Positions 11,941 to 22,117 of a stretch of 64,000 nt of DNA are shown here, in pieces (positions within the stretch are counted from its first letter, which is position 1; every line of letters starts with the position of its first letter). Below the pieces are notes generated by a model. The model did no database searches, was not told the DNA's origin, and saw only the letters and a list, made by a program, of their open reading frames with translations. The stretch comes from Synergistales bacterium. Its GTDB lineage: Bacteria; Synergistota; Synergistia; Synergistales; JAFGMB01. Location of the stretch: positions 2,592,001 to 2,656,000 of the forward strand of contig OY762654.1 in the NCBI GenBank assembly GCA_963666205.1, written 5' to 3'. A program made the position numbers and the translations under genes.

Positions 11941-11969
11941 ATAATAAGCCCAACGATAGTGGGGGTCAA
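11941..11969 (-). promoter_or_regulatory. Sigma70-type promoter for folP-folK
   Basis: TTGACC-17 bp-TATTAT on the minus strand. Confidence 0.6.
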
Positions 11970-12022
11970 GAAATCAGGTCTTATAGTGTATTCAGCACAT
12001 ACCCATGCGCCATAGATAGAGA

Positions 12023-12673
12023 CTAGGTCCACTCTACATTCAGCTCTGAAAGATGTTTTGTCTCGTTAAGCCTGTACAGGCAGAAGCCTCTTTCCTTATG
12101 ATAGATCATTATGGAATAGGAAGCAGTATCAATATGGATTTTCCAGAAATATGGTTCCGGGATAGCAAGACTGGCTGCTATAAGAGGTTTCAGGGTGGTA
12201 CGGTGAGAAACCAGAACAATCGTTTTATGGGCATGGGTTTCGGCGATTCTGCATAGAGAATCAAAGGCCCTTTTCTGGACTGACTGGAAGGTTTCAGCTC
12301 CATCGAGACGGAGCTTTTCAGGATTAGTAAGCCATGTCTGCCAATCTTCGGGATACTCTCTGGATATTGTCGATTTTAGCCTACCTTCCCAATTGCCCAG
12401 GGAGATGTTATTTAAGCCTTCATCAGGTACTATTTTGAGGGAAAGCATTTCTGCCAGGGGAGTGGCTGTCTCAATGGCTCTTTTTAAAGGGCTGCTGTAG
12501 ATAAAATCCGGGATTAGTTCCTTCAGTTCTGAGGCCAGTTCAAGCGCCTGTTTACGTCCCCTTTCATTCAGTGGATAATCTTTCCTTCCTCTAAACCTGT
12601 TTTCAATATTTCCCTGGCATTCACCATGTCTGACCAGGATTATTCTTGTATGAGCAGGTACATTCACTCCCAT
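12023..12673 (-). CDS. Histidine phosphatase (phosphoglycerate mutase-like) family protein
   Basis: LVRHGE, SSPLKRAIETA, GNWEG, LVSH. Confidence 0.9.
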   Translation of the reverse strand: MGVNVPAHTRIILVRHGECQGNIENRFRGRKDYPLNERGRKQALELASELKELIPDFIYSSPLKRAIETATPLAEMLSLKIVPDEGLNNISLGNWEGRLKSTISREYPEDWQTWLTNPEKLRLDGAETFQSVQKRAFDSLCRIAETHAHKTIVLVSHRTTLKPLIAASLAIPEPYFWKIHIDTASYSIMIYHKERGFCLYRLNETKHLSELNVEWT

Positions 12674-12772
12674 GTTGGCCTCCTGAAAAGAGTATGTCTT
12701 TTGTGTTCCAGGTTTCAGTATATCAGTTTTTCCATCTGGTGCTAATTCTATGGCCGGTTTATCTGACCAGTC

Positions 12773-12801
12773 TTGACAATAAGCCCTGAGATTGTTAATC
12801 T
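12773..12801 (+). promoter_or_regulatory. Sigma70-type promoter of the hrcA-dnaK operon
   Basis: TTGACA (12773-12778), 17 bp, TAATCT (12796-12801) with extended -10 TG. Confidence 0.75.
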
Positions 12802-12819
12802 ACCATGGGATAAAAAGAA

Positions 12820-12846
12820 TTGGCACTCGATGTAAAAGAGTGCTAA
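12820..12846 (+). promoter_or_regulatory. CIRCE element (HrcA operator)
   Basis: TTGGCACTC-N9-GAGTGCTAA, one mismatch to TTAGCACTC-N9-GAGTGCTAA, directly upstream of hrcA. Confidence 0.95.
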
Positions 12847-12861
12847 TAAGCCGAGGGAGTT

Positions 12862-13878
12862 TTGACCTTGCTTACTGAGAGACAGCTTGAGGTGGTCCTG
12901 GCGGTTGTATATGAATACATAGAATGCGGTGAACCTGCTGGTTCCAGAACTATTGCCAAAAAATACCTCAGAGGATGCAGTCCGGCTACGATAAGAAATG
13001 AAATGTCAGATCTGGAAGAAATGGGATATCTCTACCAGCCCCACACTTCTGCTGGCAGATTGCCTACTCCCATGGCTTATAGACTTTATGTAGATGCTAT
13101 AATGCAGCGAAGAAGGAACCCTCACCCGGGTGTTAATGGTTGGCTTGATGATATACGTGATCAGCGAAGGGATATGGAGTCTGTTCTGGCATATGCTTCC
13201 CAGCTTCTTGGAAAGGTAACCAGTTATGTGGGTGTAGCGGCAATTGCTCCCCTGGAAGACGTGGCTATCCACAGGATCGATTTCCTCCGGCTTGGAGGAG
13301 AAACTGTTCTTATGGTTATAGTGCTTAATGGGGGGCTGGTCCATTCCAGGACTATTCTACTCCCTGCAGATATTTCCCAGGACATGCTGGATAACATTTC
13401 AAGGAGTATAAATACAATTGCCTCTGGAAACCCATGGGGCCAGGTAAGGGAAGTAATATATTCATATCTTGTCCAGGAGCTTGAGCAGATCTTCCATTCC
13501 TGCAGGGAGGCCATCGATCAGATGGATCTTATCCTTTCGAGCAGAAAGTACAGATTGTTCACAGGTGGGGCAAGATATATCCTGGCTCTTCCTGATTTTC
13601 AGGATATGGGAAAACTTAAGGCCATATTGTCCCTGCTCGAGGAAGAAAAGAATCTGGCTGCAATTGTTGAAAAATGTTCACAGAAAGAAGGGGTCAGGGT
13701 GACCATCGGTGATGAGAACCCTGTGCCTGGTATTAGCTCCTGTTCAGTGGTTACCGTTGCCTCTTCGACAAAAGGACAAAGGGCAGTGCTTGGTCTGATC
13801 GGACCTATGAGGATGGATTATGAGCGTTCCATAGCCTTGTTGGAAACCATGCTGAAAGGGCTTTATGAAGATTTTTAA
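12862..13878 (+). CDS. hrcA: Heat-inducible transcription repressor
   Basis: SPATIRNEMSDLEEMGYLYQPHTSAGRLPT, GLIGPMRMDY. Confidence 0.96.
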   Translation: MTLLTERQLEVVLAVVYEYIECGEPAGSRTIAKKYLRGCSPATIRNEMSDLEEMGYLYQPHTSAGRLPTPMAYRLYVDAIMQRRRNPHPGVNGWLDDIRDQRRDMESVLAYASQLLGKVTSYVGVAAIAPLEDVAIHRIDFLRLGGETVLMVIVLNGGLVHSRTILLPADISQDMLDNISRSINTIASGNPWGQVREVIYSYLVQELEQIFHSCREAIDQMDLILSSRKYRLFTGGARYILALPDFQDMGKLKAILSLLEEEKNLAAIVEKCSQKEGVRVTIGDENPVPGISSCSVVTVASSTKGQRAVLGLIGPMRMDYERSIALLETMLKGLYEDF

Positions 13879-13890
13879 GGGGGTCCTTTA

Positions 13891-14541
13891 ATGAAAGATC
13901 CAAAGAATCACTTATCTGAAAAAGAAAATACAGAATCTCCTGTTTCCGAGGTGCATATGAAAAATTCTCAAATTGAGGGTTCCATTGAGGAACACCGGTC
14001 ATCTCACTCAAAAGCGCAGCTTCTGGCGGAACTTATCGAAAAGGATATAAAAATGGAAGAGCTTTTCTCTCAATTGGAAGGACTAGAAAAAGAAAAAGAA
14101 GAACTTAAAGAATGTGCAGCCCGATCTAAGGCGGACCTTTATAATTTCAGACAAAGGATCGAAAGGGAAAGGGCGCGGGAGAAAAAACTAGCCCTCGAAT
14201 CAAGTGTTCTGAAAATCCTTCCTGTTCTTGATAATCTTGATCGAGCGCTGAGTTTTCCGGAAGGGACTGATCCTGCATCAGTTCTTGAAGGAGTGGTTAT
14301 GGTCCAGAGACAATTCATAAATGTTCTTAATGCCATGGGAGTAAAGGATATACCTACAGTGGGGGAAGCTTTTTCTCCAGAGTATCATGAGGCTGTCGCA
14401 TTGAAGGAAGTTATCGATCCAGATCAGGATGGACTCATCGTGGAGGAATTCATGAAGGGATATATTATTGCCGATAAAGTAATCCGTCCAGCAAGGGTTC
14501 AGGTTGCAAAGTATGTACAGCCTGTTGAAAGTAGAGAATAA
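13891..14541 (+). CDS. grpE: Nucleotide exchange factor
   Basis: LPVLDNLDRAL, FSPEYHEAV, KGY...VIRPARVQV; operon position. Confidence 0.95.
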   Translation: MKDPKNHLSEKENTESPVSEVHMKNSQIEGSIEEHRSSHSKAQLLAELIEKDIKMEELFSQLEGLEKEKEELKECAARSKADLYNFRQRIERERAREKKLALESSVLKILPVLDNLDRALSFPEGTDPASVLEGVVMVQRQFINVLNAMGVKDIPTVGEAFSPEYHEAVALKEVIDPDQDGLIVEEFMKGYIIADKVIRPARVQVAKYVQPVESRE

Positions 14542-14603
14542 AAAAAGATCAGAAAGTAAGAATCTGGATTTTGAGATATATCACATAGAAGAGGTGAACT
14601 TTT

Positions 14604-16430
14604 ATGTCAAAAGTTGTAGGAATCGACCTGGGAACCACAAATAGTTGTATCGCAGTAAAAGAAGGGGATAACATTACTATTATTCCCAATGCCGAAGGTA
14701 GCAGAACTACCCCTTCGGTGGTAGCCTTTGCAAAAGATGGAGGAGAACGTCTTGTCGGGCAACTTGCGAAAAGGCAGGCTATCGTAAATTCAGACAGGAC
14801 CATTATGTCTATCAAGAGGGATATGGGAACGGACAGAAAAGTGGAGATTGATGATAAAAAATATACTCCACAGGAAATCTCCGCCATGATTCTCCAGAAA
14901 CTGAAGAGGGATGCTGAAGATTATCTTGGAGAACCCGTTACCAGGGCTGTCATAACAGTACCTGCATATTTCACTGATTCCCAGCGTCAGGCAACCAAGG
15001 ACGCCGGTACTATAGCAGGTCTTGAGGTTCTGCGGATCATCAATGAGCCGACTGCCGCATCTCTTGCCTATGGGGAGAATAAACAGGGAGAACACAAGAT
15101 ACTTGTTTTTGACCTTGGGGGAGGTACCTTTGATGTCTCCATTCTTGATGTAGGAGAAGGTGTCTTTGAAGTCCTTGCTACTGCTGGGAATAACCGTCTT
15201 GGCGGTGATGACTGGGATATGAAGGTTGTTGACTGGATTGTGGCTGAGTTTAAAAAGGCTGAGGGGGTGGATCTCAAGAATGATCGTATGGCTATGCAAC
15301 GCCTCAGAGAAGCTGCAGAAAAGGCAAAAATTGAGCTATCTTCCATGGCAGAAACAACCGTTTCTCTCCCATTTATAACTGCAACTAATACAGGACCGAA
15401 ACATCTCGAGCTAAATCTGAGCAGAGCTAAATTTGAAGAGCTGACGAGAGATCTACTTGAAAAGGTAATAGAACCTACCCGTCGTGCCCTTAAAGATTCA
15501 GGCCTTTCTCAGCAGGAAATAAACAAAGTTCTTCTTGTAGGCGGATCCACAAGAATGCCTGCAGTTCAGAAAAAGATAAAAGAGATAATTGGCCAGGACC
15601 CGACCAAGGGGATCAATCCGGATGAATGTGTCGCTTATGGTGCAGCTATCCAGGGGGCTATAATGACTGGAGAACATAAAGATATAGTTCTCGTTGATGT
15701 TACACCCCTTTCACTTGGCCTGGAAACCCTTGGAGGAGTATTTACCAAGGTAATAGAGCGCAATACGGCTATCCCGGTGTCCAAGAGCCAGATCTTTTCT
15801 ACTGCTGCAAACAATCAGCCAGCCGTGGATATAAAGGTTTTCCAGGGTGAGAGGGCAATGGCAAATGATAACGTTCTTCTTGGAAACTTTGTCCTTGACG
15901 GTATCCCTCCTGCACCCCGCGGAATACCCCAGATAGAAGTTACCTTCAATATCGATACTAATGGAATTCTCAACGTCAAGGCCAGGGACAAGGGGACGTC
16001 CAAAGAACAGCACATAACAATTCAGTCTTCCAACCTTTCCGAAGATGAAATAAACAAGATGAAACATGAATCAGAGATTCATGAGGAAGAGGACAAAAAA
16101 CGGAAAGAGACGGCTGAAGCGAGGAATGAAGCGGATACCCTTATATATAGTACCGAGAAGCTGATTTCCGATCTGAAAGAAAAGATCTCTGATAATGAGA
16201 AAGCTAAACTTAACGCAGAGATAGAAGAAGTCAGGACTGCCATGTCTTCTGACGATGTCCAGGCCATAAAGGCAGCATGCGAGAAACTGACAGGTAGTCT
16301 ACAGGAGTTCTCTTCAAGACTTTACAGCCAGGCTGGAACCGGTGAAAGTGAACAGGATACAACAGATACATCCGGAACTGAGCAGGAAGAAACGGTAGAC
16401 GCCGAGTTCAGTGACCAAGGGGAAGTTTAA
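14604..16430 (+). CDS. dnaK: Hsp70 chaperone
   Basis: [33 protein letters not shown]. Confidence 0.99.
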   Translation: MSKVVGIDLGTTNSCIAVKEGDNITIIPNAEGSRTTPSVVAFAKDGGERLVGQLAKRQAIVNSDRTIMSIKRDMGTDRKVEIDDKKYTPQEISAMILQKLKRDAEDYLGEPVTRAVITVPAYFTDSQRQATKDAGTIAGLEVLRIINEPTAASLAYGENKQGEHKILVFDLGGGTFDVSILDVGEGVFEVLATAGNNRLGGDDWDMKVVDWIVAEFKKAEGVDLKNDRMAMQRLREAAEKAKIELSSMAETTVSLPFITATNTGPKHLELNLSRAKFEELTRDLLEKVIEPTRRALKDSGLSQQEINKVLLVGGSTRMPAVQKKIKEIIGQDPTKGINPDECVAYGAAIQGAIMTGEHKDIVLVDVTPLSLGLETLGGVFTKVIERNTAIPVSKSQIFSTAANNQPAVDIKVFQGERAMANDNVLLGNFVLDGIPPAPRGIPQIEVTFNIDTNGILNVKARDKGTSKEQHITIQSSNLSEDEINKMKHESEIHEEEDKKRKETAEARNEADTLIYSTEKLISDLKEKISDNEKAKLNAEIEEVRTAMSSDDVQAIKAACEKLTGSLQEFSSRLYSQAGTGESEQDTTDTSGTEQEETVDAEFSDQGEV

Positions 16431-16443
16431 GAGGTGACCGCTG

Positions 16444-17577
16444 TTGACCCCTCCTGGAAATAATGATTATTACAAGATACTGGGTGTTTCGAGGGATGTT
16501 GATGCTGCTGAGATTAAGAAGGCCTATCGTAAACTGGTAAGACAGTATCATCCTGACGCGAATCCAGGGAATAAGGATGCGGAAGAACATTTTAAAAAAG
16601 TTAATGAGGCCTATGAAGTCTTGAGCGATTCTCAAAAGAGAGCCCAGTATGACCAGTTCGGTTACGTTGGAGATATGCCGGGAGGGAGCCCTTTTGAAGG
16701 TTTCAGCGGCGGAGTAGGGGATATCTTCGGAGATATTTTTGAGAATATTTTTGGTGGTACCGGAAGGAGAAGGACCGATCCCAATGCCCCTGTGAGAGGG
16801 GGGGATCTCGAGTCTGAACTTAGAATATCCCTTGAAGAGGCAGCAAAGGGTACCAGGAAGACCGTGGAAATACCAAGGTGGGAACCCTGTGACCGGTGCG
16901 GAGGAAATGGTTCAGAACCCGGTACTTCTCCGGAAACGTGTTCTACATGTGGAGGAACAGGTCAAGTTGAAACTCAACAGAGGACACCCTTCGGTCAGTT
17001 CGTTTCCATCAATTCCTGTCCGTACTGTAATGGGAAAGGCAAAGTTATCAAATCTCCATGTAAAACCTGTAAAGGTGAAGGGCGGGTAAGAAAAAAGCAT
17101 TCAGTAGAAGTATCCGTTCCAGTTGGAGTAGATATGGGTACAAGATTAAGGATATCTGGTGAAGGCCAGGCTGGTGTTAACGGCGGACCTCCTGGAGACC
17201 TCTATCTCGTGATGAACGTAATGGAAAACAAGATCTTTAAAAGGGATGGGGTGGATCTTCACAGGAAGCTGTCAATTGCGTTTCCTCAGGCAGCCCTTGG
17301 TTCAGAAGTGACGGTCTCAACTCTGATCGATGGTGAAAAAGATCTTGAGATACCTGCAGGAACGCAGCCGGGCAAGGTTATGAAACTTCGGGGCCTGGGC
17401 ATGCCATCTCTGCGAGGATCCCTTAGAGGTGATCTTTATATACATCTTACTGTGAAAGTTCCCAGCAAACTGACAGATAAGGAGAGGGCTCTCCTTGAAC
17501 AGCTTGCCGTGGAAATGGATGTAAAGGTCAAAGGAACAGGTGTTCTGGGGAAATTCAAAAGTCTTTTCGGTGCCTGA
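16444..17577 (+). CDS. dnaJ: Chaperone DnaJ
   Basis: J domain with HPD, G/F region, four CxxCxGxG repeats. Confidence 0.98.
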   Translation: MTPPGNNDYYKILGVSRDVDAAEIKKAYRKLVRQYHPDANPGNKDAEEHFKKVNEAYEVLSDSQKRAQYDQFGYVGDMPGGSPFEGFSGGVGDIFGDIFENIFGGTGRRRTDPNAPVRGGDLESELRISLEEAAKGTRKTVEIPRWEPCDRCGGNGSEPGTSPETCSTCGGTGQVETQQRTPFGQFVSINSCPYCNGKGKVIKSPCKTCKGEGRVRKKHSVEVSVPVGVDMGTRLRISGEGQAGVNGGPPGDLYLVMNVMENKIFKRDGVDLHRKLSIAFPQAALGSEVTVSTLIDGEKDLEIPAGTQPGKVMKLRGLGMPSLRGSLRGDLYIHLTVKVPSKLTDKERALLEQLAVEMDVKVKGTGVLGKFKSLFGA

Positions 17578-17618
17578 TGTGCCAAAAGTCCCGTTTGATG
17601 TTAGACTGATTATTCAGA

Positions 17619-17646
17619 AGGGGAGGCTGATAAGCCTCCCCTGTTT
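17619..17646 (+). terminator. Hairpin/terminator between dnaJ and prmA
   Basis: AGGGGAGGCT-GATA-AGCCTCCCCT then GTTT. Confidence 0.65.
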
Positions 17647-17688
17647 AAATTAGCTTGAGTCTGTAAAGTAGAACAGGGAGGGAACAGT

Positions 17689-18555
17689 ATGCCTGTATTG
17701 GATAGTTTCTGGTGGTACGTAACTATGGAGGGGGAGAAAGTTCCCGAAGAAGTGATGGCATCCCTTGCTGATCTGTCTGGCAGTATTGGCACTGAACAAC
17801 ATGATCAGGGAGAGAAGATAAGGATCAGAGCATACTACAGGAGTTCCCAGGACCTTGGTTTCTGGATGCAAAGGATTAAACAGACCCTTGATCCCTGGCC
17901 TGAAATATCAGTTGTTGATACGGGCAAAATAGAAAATCAGAAATGGCATACTGAATGGAAAGAGGCTTTTCCCCCTCTTGAGGTGGGAAAAACTTTCATC
18001 GTGATGGCTCCATGGCATAAGGGTAAAGAACCCGCTGGGAGAATTCCCTTGTATATTTATCCAGGTAGTGCTTTCGGGACAGGCTATCATGAGAGCACAC
18101 AGATAGTGCTTTCCCTGCTTGAAAGACATTTGCGTCGGGGAGATGTTGTTGCAGATATAGGAACAGGTTCAGCCATCCTTTCCATCGCTGCTTTGAAAAT
18201 GGGAGCATCTCATGTTTTTTCAAGGGATATCGATCCGGCTGTTAGCGAAGAAGTTTATAGAAACCTCAACCAGAATTCCATATCCCATGAGCTTGTCGAT
18301 TTTAAAACCGGGAACCTTTTGCAGGGTTTTGACCACAAGGTAGATCTTCTCCTTGCAAATATAGTCGTAGAACCCTTGAAGAGGATGATCCCGGATGTGA
18401 AAACTATTCTCACCGAAAAAGGTAGAGCAATCTTTTCCGGTCTGGTAACAAGGGAAAAAAATGATTTTATCCAGATTCTGGAGTCAAACGGCCTGCTGGT
18501 GACAGATGAAATAACCTGTTCTGACTGGTGGGGAGTTCTTGTTGAAATAGCCTAG
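17689..18555 (+). CDS. prmA: Ribosomal protein L11 methyltransferase
   Basis: PGSAFGTGYHEST, DIGTGSAILSI, ANI; follows dnaJ. Confidence 0.93.
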   Translation: MPVLDSFWWYVTMEGEKVPEEVMASLADLSGSIGTEQHDQGEKIRIRAYYRSSQDLGFWMQRIKQTLDPWPEISVVDTGKIENQKWHTEWKEAFPPLEVGKTFIVMAPWHKGKEPAGRIPLYIYPGSAFGTGYHESTQIVLSLLERHLRRGDVVADIGTGSAILSIAALKMGASHVFSRDIDPAVSEEVYRNLNQNSISHELVDFKTGNLLQGFDHKVDLLLANIVVEPLKRMIPDVKTILTEKGRAIFSGLVTREKNDFIQILESNGLLVTDEITCSDWWGVLVEIA

Positions 18556-18599
18556 GAACAGAGGCAACCCAAGATTCTGACAGACTGCTATCCTGGAGA

Positions 18600-19952
18600 G
18601 TGAATCGTTTGTATAGTTCTCTATGTGACAAAAAGATCTGGATCCATGCCCTCGGTTGCAGAACAAATCAATATGAGTCAGAGGCCCTCGCTTCGATGCT
18701 CTCCTTCAAAGGTGCAGAAATAAGTACAGATCCTTCGGGTGTAGATGCTGCAATTATACTTTCGTGTACAGTCACATCTGCAGCAGATAGAAAATGTAGA
18801 CAACTATCCAGGAAGGTCAAGCGTCTTTCCCCTGGTTGCACCCTTGTGGTATGTGGTTGCTGGGCTCAGCGAATAAGCGAAAGCGAATCCAGGTCTCTTG
18901 GTATAGATATCCTCGTTGGAAGCAGGAATAAATCATGTATTCCTGAAATGCTGGAACAATATCTCAAACATGAATCCAGACTGGGATACTCAATGGAACG
19001 TAGAGAGATAATGGAAAATGATCAGTGGGATCCGCTTTTTCTCGAAAAACCCTTACTTCATACGAGAGCATTTCTTAAAGTTCAGGATGGGTGTAATCAT
19101 TTCTGCAGTTACTGCATAATTCCCTATGTCAGAGGATATCCTGTCAGCAGGGACCCCGACGATATCATAAGTGAAGCCAGCCATGTTGTTTCCGCAGGAT
19201 GTCATGAGGTAGTGCTTACTGGTGTTCACCTCGGCCTTTACGAAAAATATGGTTCCATTTCCCTTGGTGATCTGGTAAAGAAACTTTCCTGCATATCCGG
19301 ACTATGGCGGATACGTTTTGGATCCCTTGAACCTTTCGCGCTTAGTGAAGAATTGCTTATAGCCCTTTCTGAAACCCCTGCATTCTGCCGACATCTCCAT
19401 CTTCCTCTACAGAGTGGTGATGATGATGTGTTATCCCGAATGAAAAGGGGATATACCAGAGAGGATTATCTCAGAATGATTGAAATGGTAAGATCCCATC
19501 TTGGAGAAGATGTCCATATAAGCACGGACATAATTGTTGGATTTCCAGGTGAAGATGATAAAGCTTTTCATAACACCATCGATCTGCTTGATAAAGCGGA
19601 TTTTGGAAAACTTCATGTTTTTCCCTTCTCTCCACGGGAAGGTACACCAGCATATGAAATGGTTCCTTCAGTTCCTTCTGAAGTTATCAGTAAACGGGTT
19701 CATGAGGTTTTGAAATCCGGAGAAAAAAGTCTTGCCAGGTACTGTAAAAGGTGGATAGGAAGGCCTGTTGAACTTCTTTTAGAGAAAAAAGAGGGTTCCT
19801 CTCTTGAGGGGCTTACACGGGAGTTCATAAGGGTTCAGGCTTTGGGCGATTCACAGGTAAATCATATTGTAAAAGTTATCCCCAGGTCCATTTTCCCAGG
19901 TGGGCTAAACGCTGATATTATAACTCCTTCAGGTAATGAAGATATTTCTTGA
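18600..19952 (+). CDS. mtaB: tRNA t6A37 methylthiotransferase (radical SAM)
   Basis: LGCRTNQYES, KVQDGCNHFCSYCIIPYVRG, LTGVHLG, HVFPFSPREGTPA. Confidence 0.92.
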   Translation: MNRLYSSLCDKKIWIHALGCRTNQYESEALASMLSFKGAEISTDPSGVDAAIILSCTVTSAADRKCRQLSRKVKRLSPGCTLVVCGCWAQRISESESRSLGIDILVGSRNKSCIPEMLEQYLKHESRLGYSMERREIMENDQWDPLFLEKPLLHTRAFLKVQDGCNHFCSYCIIPYVRGYPVSRDPDDIISEASHVVSAGCHEVVLTGVHLGLYEKYGSISLGDLVKKLSCISGLWRIRFGSLEPFALSEELLIALSETPAFCRHLHLPLQSGDDDVLSRMKRGYTREDYLRMIEMVRSHLGEDVHISTDIIVGFPGEDDKAFHNTIDLLDKADFGKLHVFPFSPREGTPAYEMVPSVPSEVISKRVHEVLKSGEKSLARYCKRWIGRPVELLLEKKEGSSLEGLTREFIRVQALGDSQVNHIVKVIPRSIFPGGLNADIITPSGNEDIS

Positions 19953-20311
19953 GAAAGAAACAGATATAGGTCGAACTGTATGTCTTTTGGTCATTCAGAA
20001 GTTTTGGAAGCAAGGTCTTTTCGATGGTGAAATTGCCGATTCCGGAAGTTATCTTCAAATCAGTCATATTTTTAGTTCAGGAAACACAGACCGGATTATA
20101 TTAATCGAGGTATGAGTAAAAAGTTAAAGGACAGGTTCTGTAAAATAATGAATATACTCTACGATGGATCTCAATTTATCGATAAATAATCAAGAACTGC
20201 GAATCCTTGATCATGAAATATTATTGAGGAACAGGGATCCTGATCGGTGTATATATTCCCAATAATATGATAGGATTAAATTAAAATAAATAACAGGAAT
20301 TGATCGATGGC

Positions 20312-20653
20312 ATGAACAGAAAATGTATTTTTTGTGAGATAATCAAGGGCAATCAGAAGGCAGACATCGTGTGTGAGGATGAAGATATTCTCGTGATAAG
20401 GGATATTTCCCCTCAAGCTCCTATTCACCTTCTGGTAATTCCTAAAGAGCATATTCCTTCAGCGAGTCAAGTTGATGATCCCTATATCTGGGCAAAATTG
20501 ATGAATAATGCTACAATAGTCGCTCGTAATCTTGGCTTGGATGAGGATGGATACCGATTGGTTGTAAACTGCGGTTCCATGGCCTGCCAGACTGTACCAC
20601 ATCTGCATATACATCTTCTGGCAGGAAGGCAGTTCCATTGGCCCCCAGGTTAA
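20312..20653 (+). CDS. hinT: Histidine triad nucleotide-binding protein
   Basis: CIFC, PQAPIHLLVIPKEH, QTVPHLHIHLLAGR, WPPG end. Confidence 0.93.
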   Translation: MNRKCIFCEIIKGNQKADIVCEDEDILVIRDISPQAPIHLLVIPKEHIPSASQVDDPYIWAKLMNNATIVARNLGLDEDGYRLVVNCGSMACQTVPHLHIHLLAGRQFHWPPG

Positions 20654-20689
20654 AGAGCGGTTTTTTCCCAATGAAAGGGGGGAACGTAT

Positions 20690-20872
20690 ATGACTACTGT
20701 CGTTCGCAGAGATAACGAGTCCCTTGAAGATGCATTGAAAAGATTTAAACGCGAAGTTTCTAAAGTTGGTACCCTTCGCGAGGCAAGGCGCAGGGAACAC
20801 TATGAAAAACCAAGCGAAGTAAAAAAACTGAAAAAAGCGGCTGCTAAAAGAAAGAAGAACAAGACCAGGTAG
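20690..20872 (+). CDS. rpsU: 30S ribosomal protein S21
   Basis: [20 protein letters not shown]. Confidence 0.96.
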   Translation: MTTVVRRDNESLEDALKRFKREVSKVGTLREARRREHYEKPSEVKKLKKAAAKRKKNKTR

Positions 20873-20884
20873 GGGGTATAAAGC

Positions 20885-21346
20885 TTGTCTGACCTAGAGA
20901 AAAAAATTCAGTCAGATTTGGTAGAATCCATGAAAGCCAGGGATGAACTCCGTCTTTCAACCCTACGAATGTTAAAAGCCGAGATCCAGAAGGCGAAAAC
21001 AGCTAAGGGAAGTTCTCACGAGATTTCCGACGAAGATATCCTTGGGCTTGTCCAGCGATCGATCAAGCAACGCAGAGAAGCGGCAGACCAGTATCTTGCG
21101 GGAGGAGCCAGAGACAGGTCTGAAAGGGAACTGCAGGAAGTTGAGGTCCTTAATCAGTATCTCCCGGTACAGCTTTCGACTGAGGAAATTGATTCAATAA
21201 TCAGCAAGGCTGCTGATGCAGTCCGTCCCCAGGGACCTAAGGATATGGGTATTCTCATGGGAAAAGTGATGCCTATGGTAAAAGGTAAGGCTGATGGTAA
21301 CATGGTCCGTAAGAAAGTTTCTGACTTTCTCAACAAACTGCAATAA
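20885..21346 (+). CDS. yqeY: GatB/YqeY domain protein
   Basis: MKARD..RLSTLRMLKAEI, KQRREA, YLPVQLS, KDMG..MG; follows rpsU. Confidence 0.92.
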   Translation: MSDLEKKIQSDLVESMKARDELRLSTLRMLKAEIQKAKTAKGSSHEISDEDILGLVQRSIKQRREAADQYLAGGARDRSERELQEVEVLNQYLPVQLSTEEIDSIISKAADAVRPQGPKDMGILMGKVMPMVKGKADGNMVRKKVSDFLNKLQ

Positions 21347-21358
21347 GTACAAACCTTC

Positions 21359-21384
21359 AAGGCCGGGAATTCTCCCGGCCTTTT
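21359..21384 (+). terminator. Intrinsic terminator after yqeY
   Basis: AAGGCCGGGA-ATTC-TCCCGGCCTT followed by TT. Confidence 0.8.
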
Positions 21385-21483
21385 CCTTTATCTTTTCAGC
21401 CTTTTGATTCGATTTGTTTTATACTTGTACTCTATATGTTGAGTTATTATAATAAACCATATCCTATATATGGAGGTCTTTCT

Positions 21484-21960
21484 ATGAGATGCCCGGAGTG
21501 CGGTGCCATGGAAACCAGGGTTATCGAAACCCGAACTGCTGATGAGGGAAGGGTTGTTCGCCGAAGGCGGGAATGTCCGGTTTGTTTTGCCCGCTTCACT
21601 ACTTATGAAAGAGTTGAAGAGAAAAGAGTGCTTTGGGTTCTGAAAAAAGATGGGCGAAGGGAGGCCTTTGACAGATCAAAACTTTTGAGAGGTATCAGTA
21701 AGGCCTGCGAGAAGCTTCCCGTCTCCCTTGAACAGATAGAGGATATCACATGCAGGATAGAAGATAAGCTCAGAATGCAGGGCTATGGAGAGGTGTCAGG
21801 TAACGATATAGGAGAATTAGTAATGTCTGAGCTTAAGGAACTCAATAAAGTTGCCTATGTCAGATTTGCATCGGTGTATAGGGAATTTACCGATATTGCA
21901 AGTTTCCAGAAAGAACTTGCAAGGCTCTCTTCAGAAAGAGAGGAACATCGGGATAGCTGA
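21484..21960 (+). CDS. nrdR: Transcriptional repressor NrdR
   Basis: MRCPEC, RRRRECPVC..RFTTYE, ATP cone, VAYVRFASVYREF; GGAGG before ATG 21484. Confidence 0.97.
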   Translation: MRCPECGAMETRVIETRTADEGRVVRRRRECPVCFARFTTYERVEEKRVLWVLKKDGRREAFDRSKLLRGISKACEKLPVSLEQIEDITCRIEDKLRMQGYGEVSGNDIGELVMSELKELNKVAYVRFASVYREFTDIASFQKELARLSSEREEHRDS

Positions 21961-22117
21961 CAATCAATGACTTCAGAGGGCTATGCTCTCCTTTCTGTTT
22001 CTTCCCGGATTCACCTTTCTGTGCCGACAGTTCCTGTGAACTATATTTTTTACATTTCCATGGTGCTATGATTATTACCATAGTTCTGACTTTATATTTA
22101 AGGGGGAATTGAGACTA

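Noticed and set aside
21961-22117. Glycine riboswitch or T-box ahead of kbl
   Set aside because: Conserved aptamer and T-box motifs were not found on the coding strand
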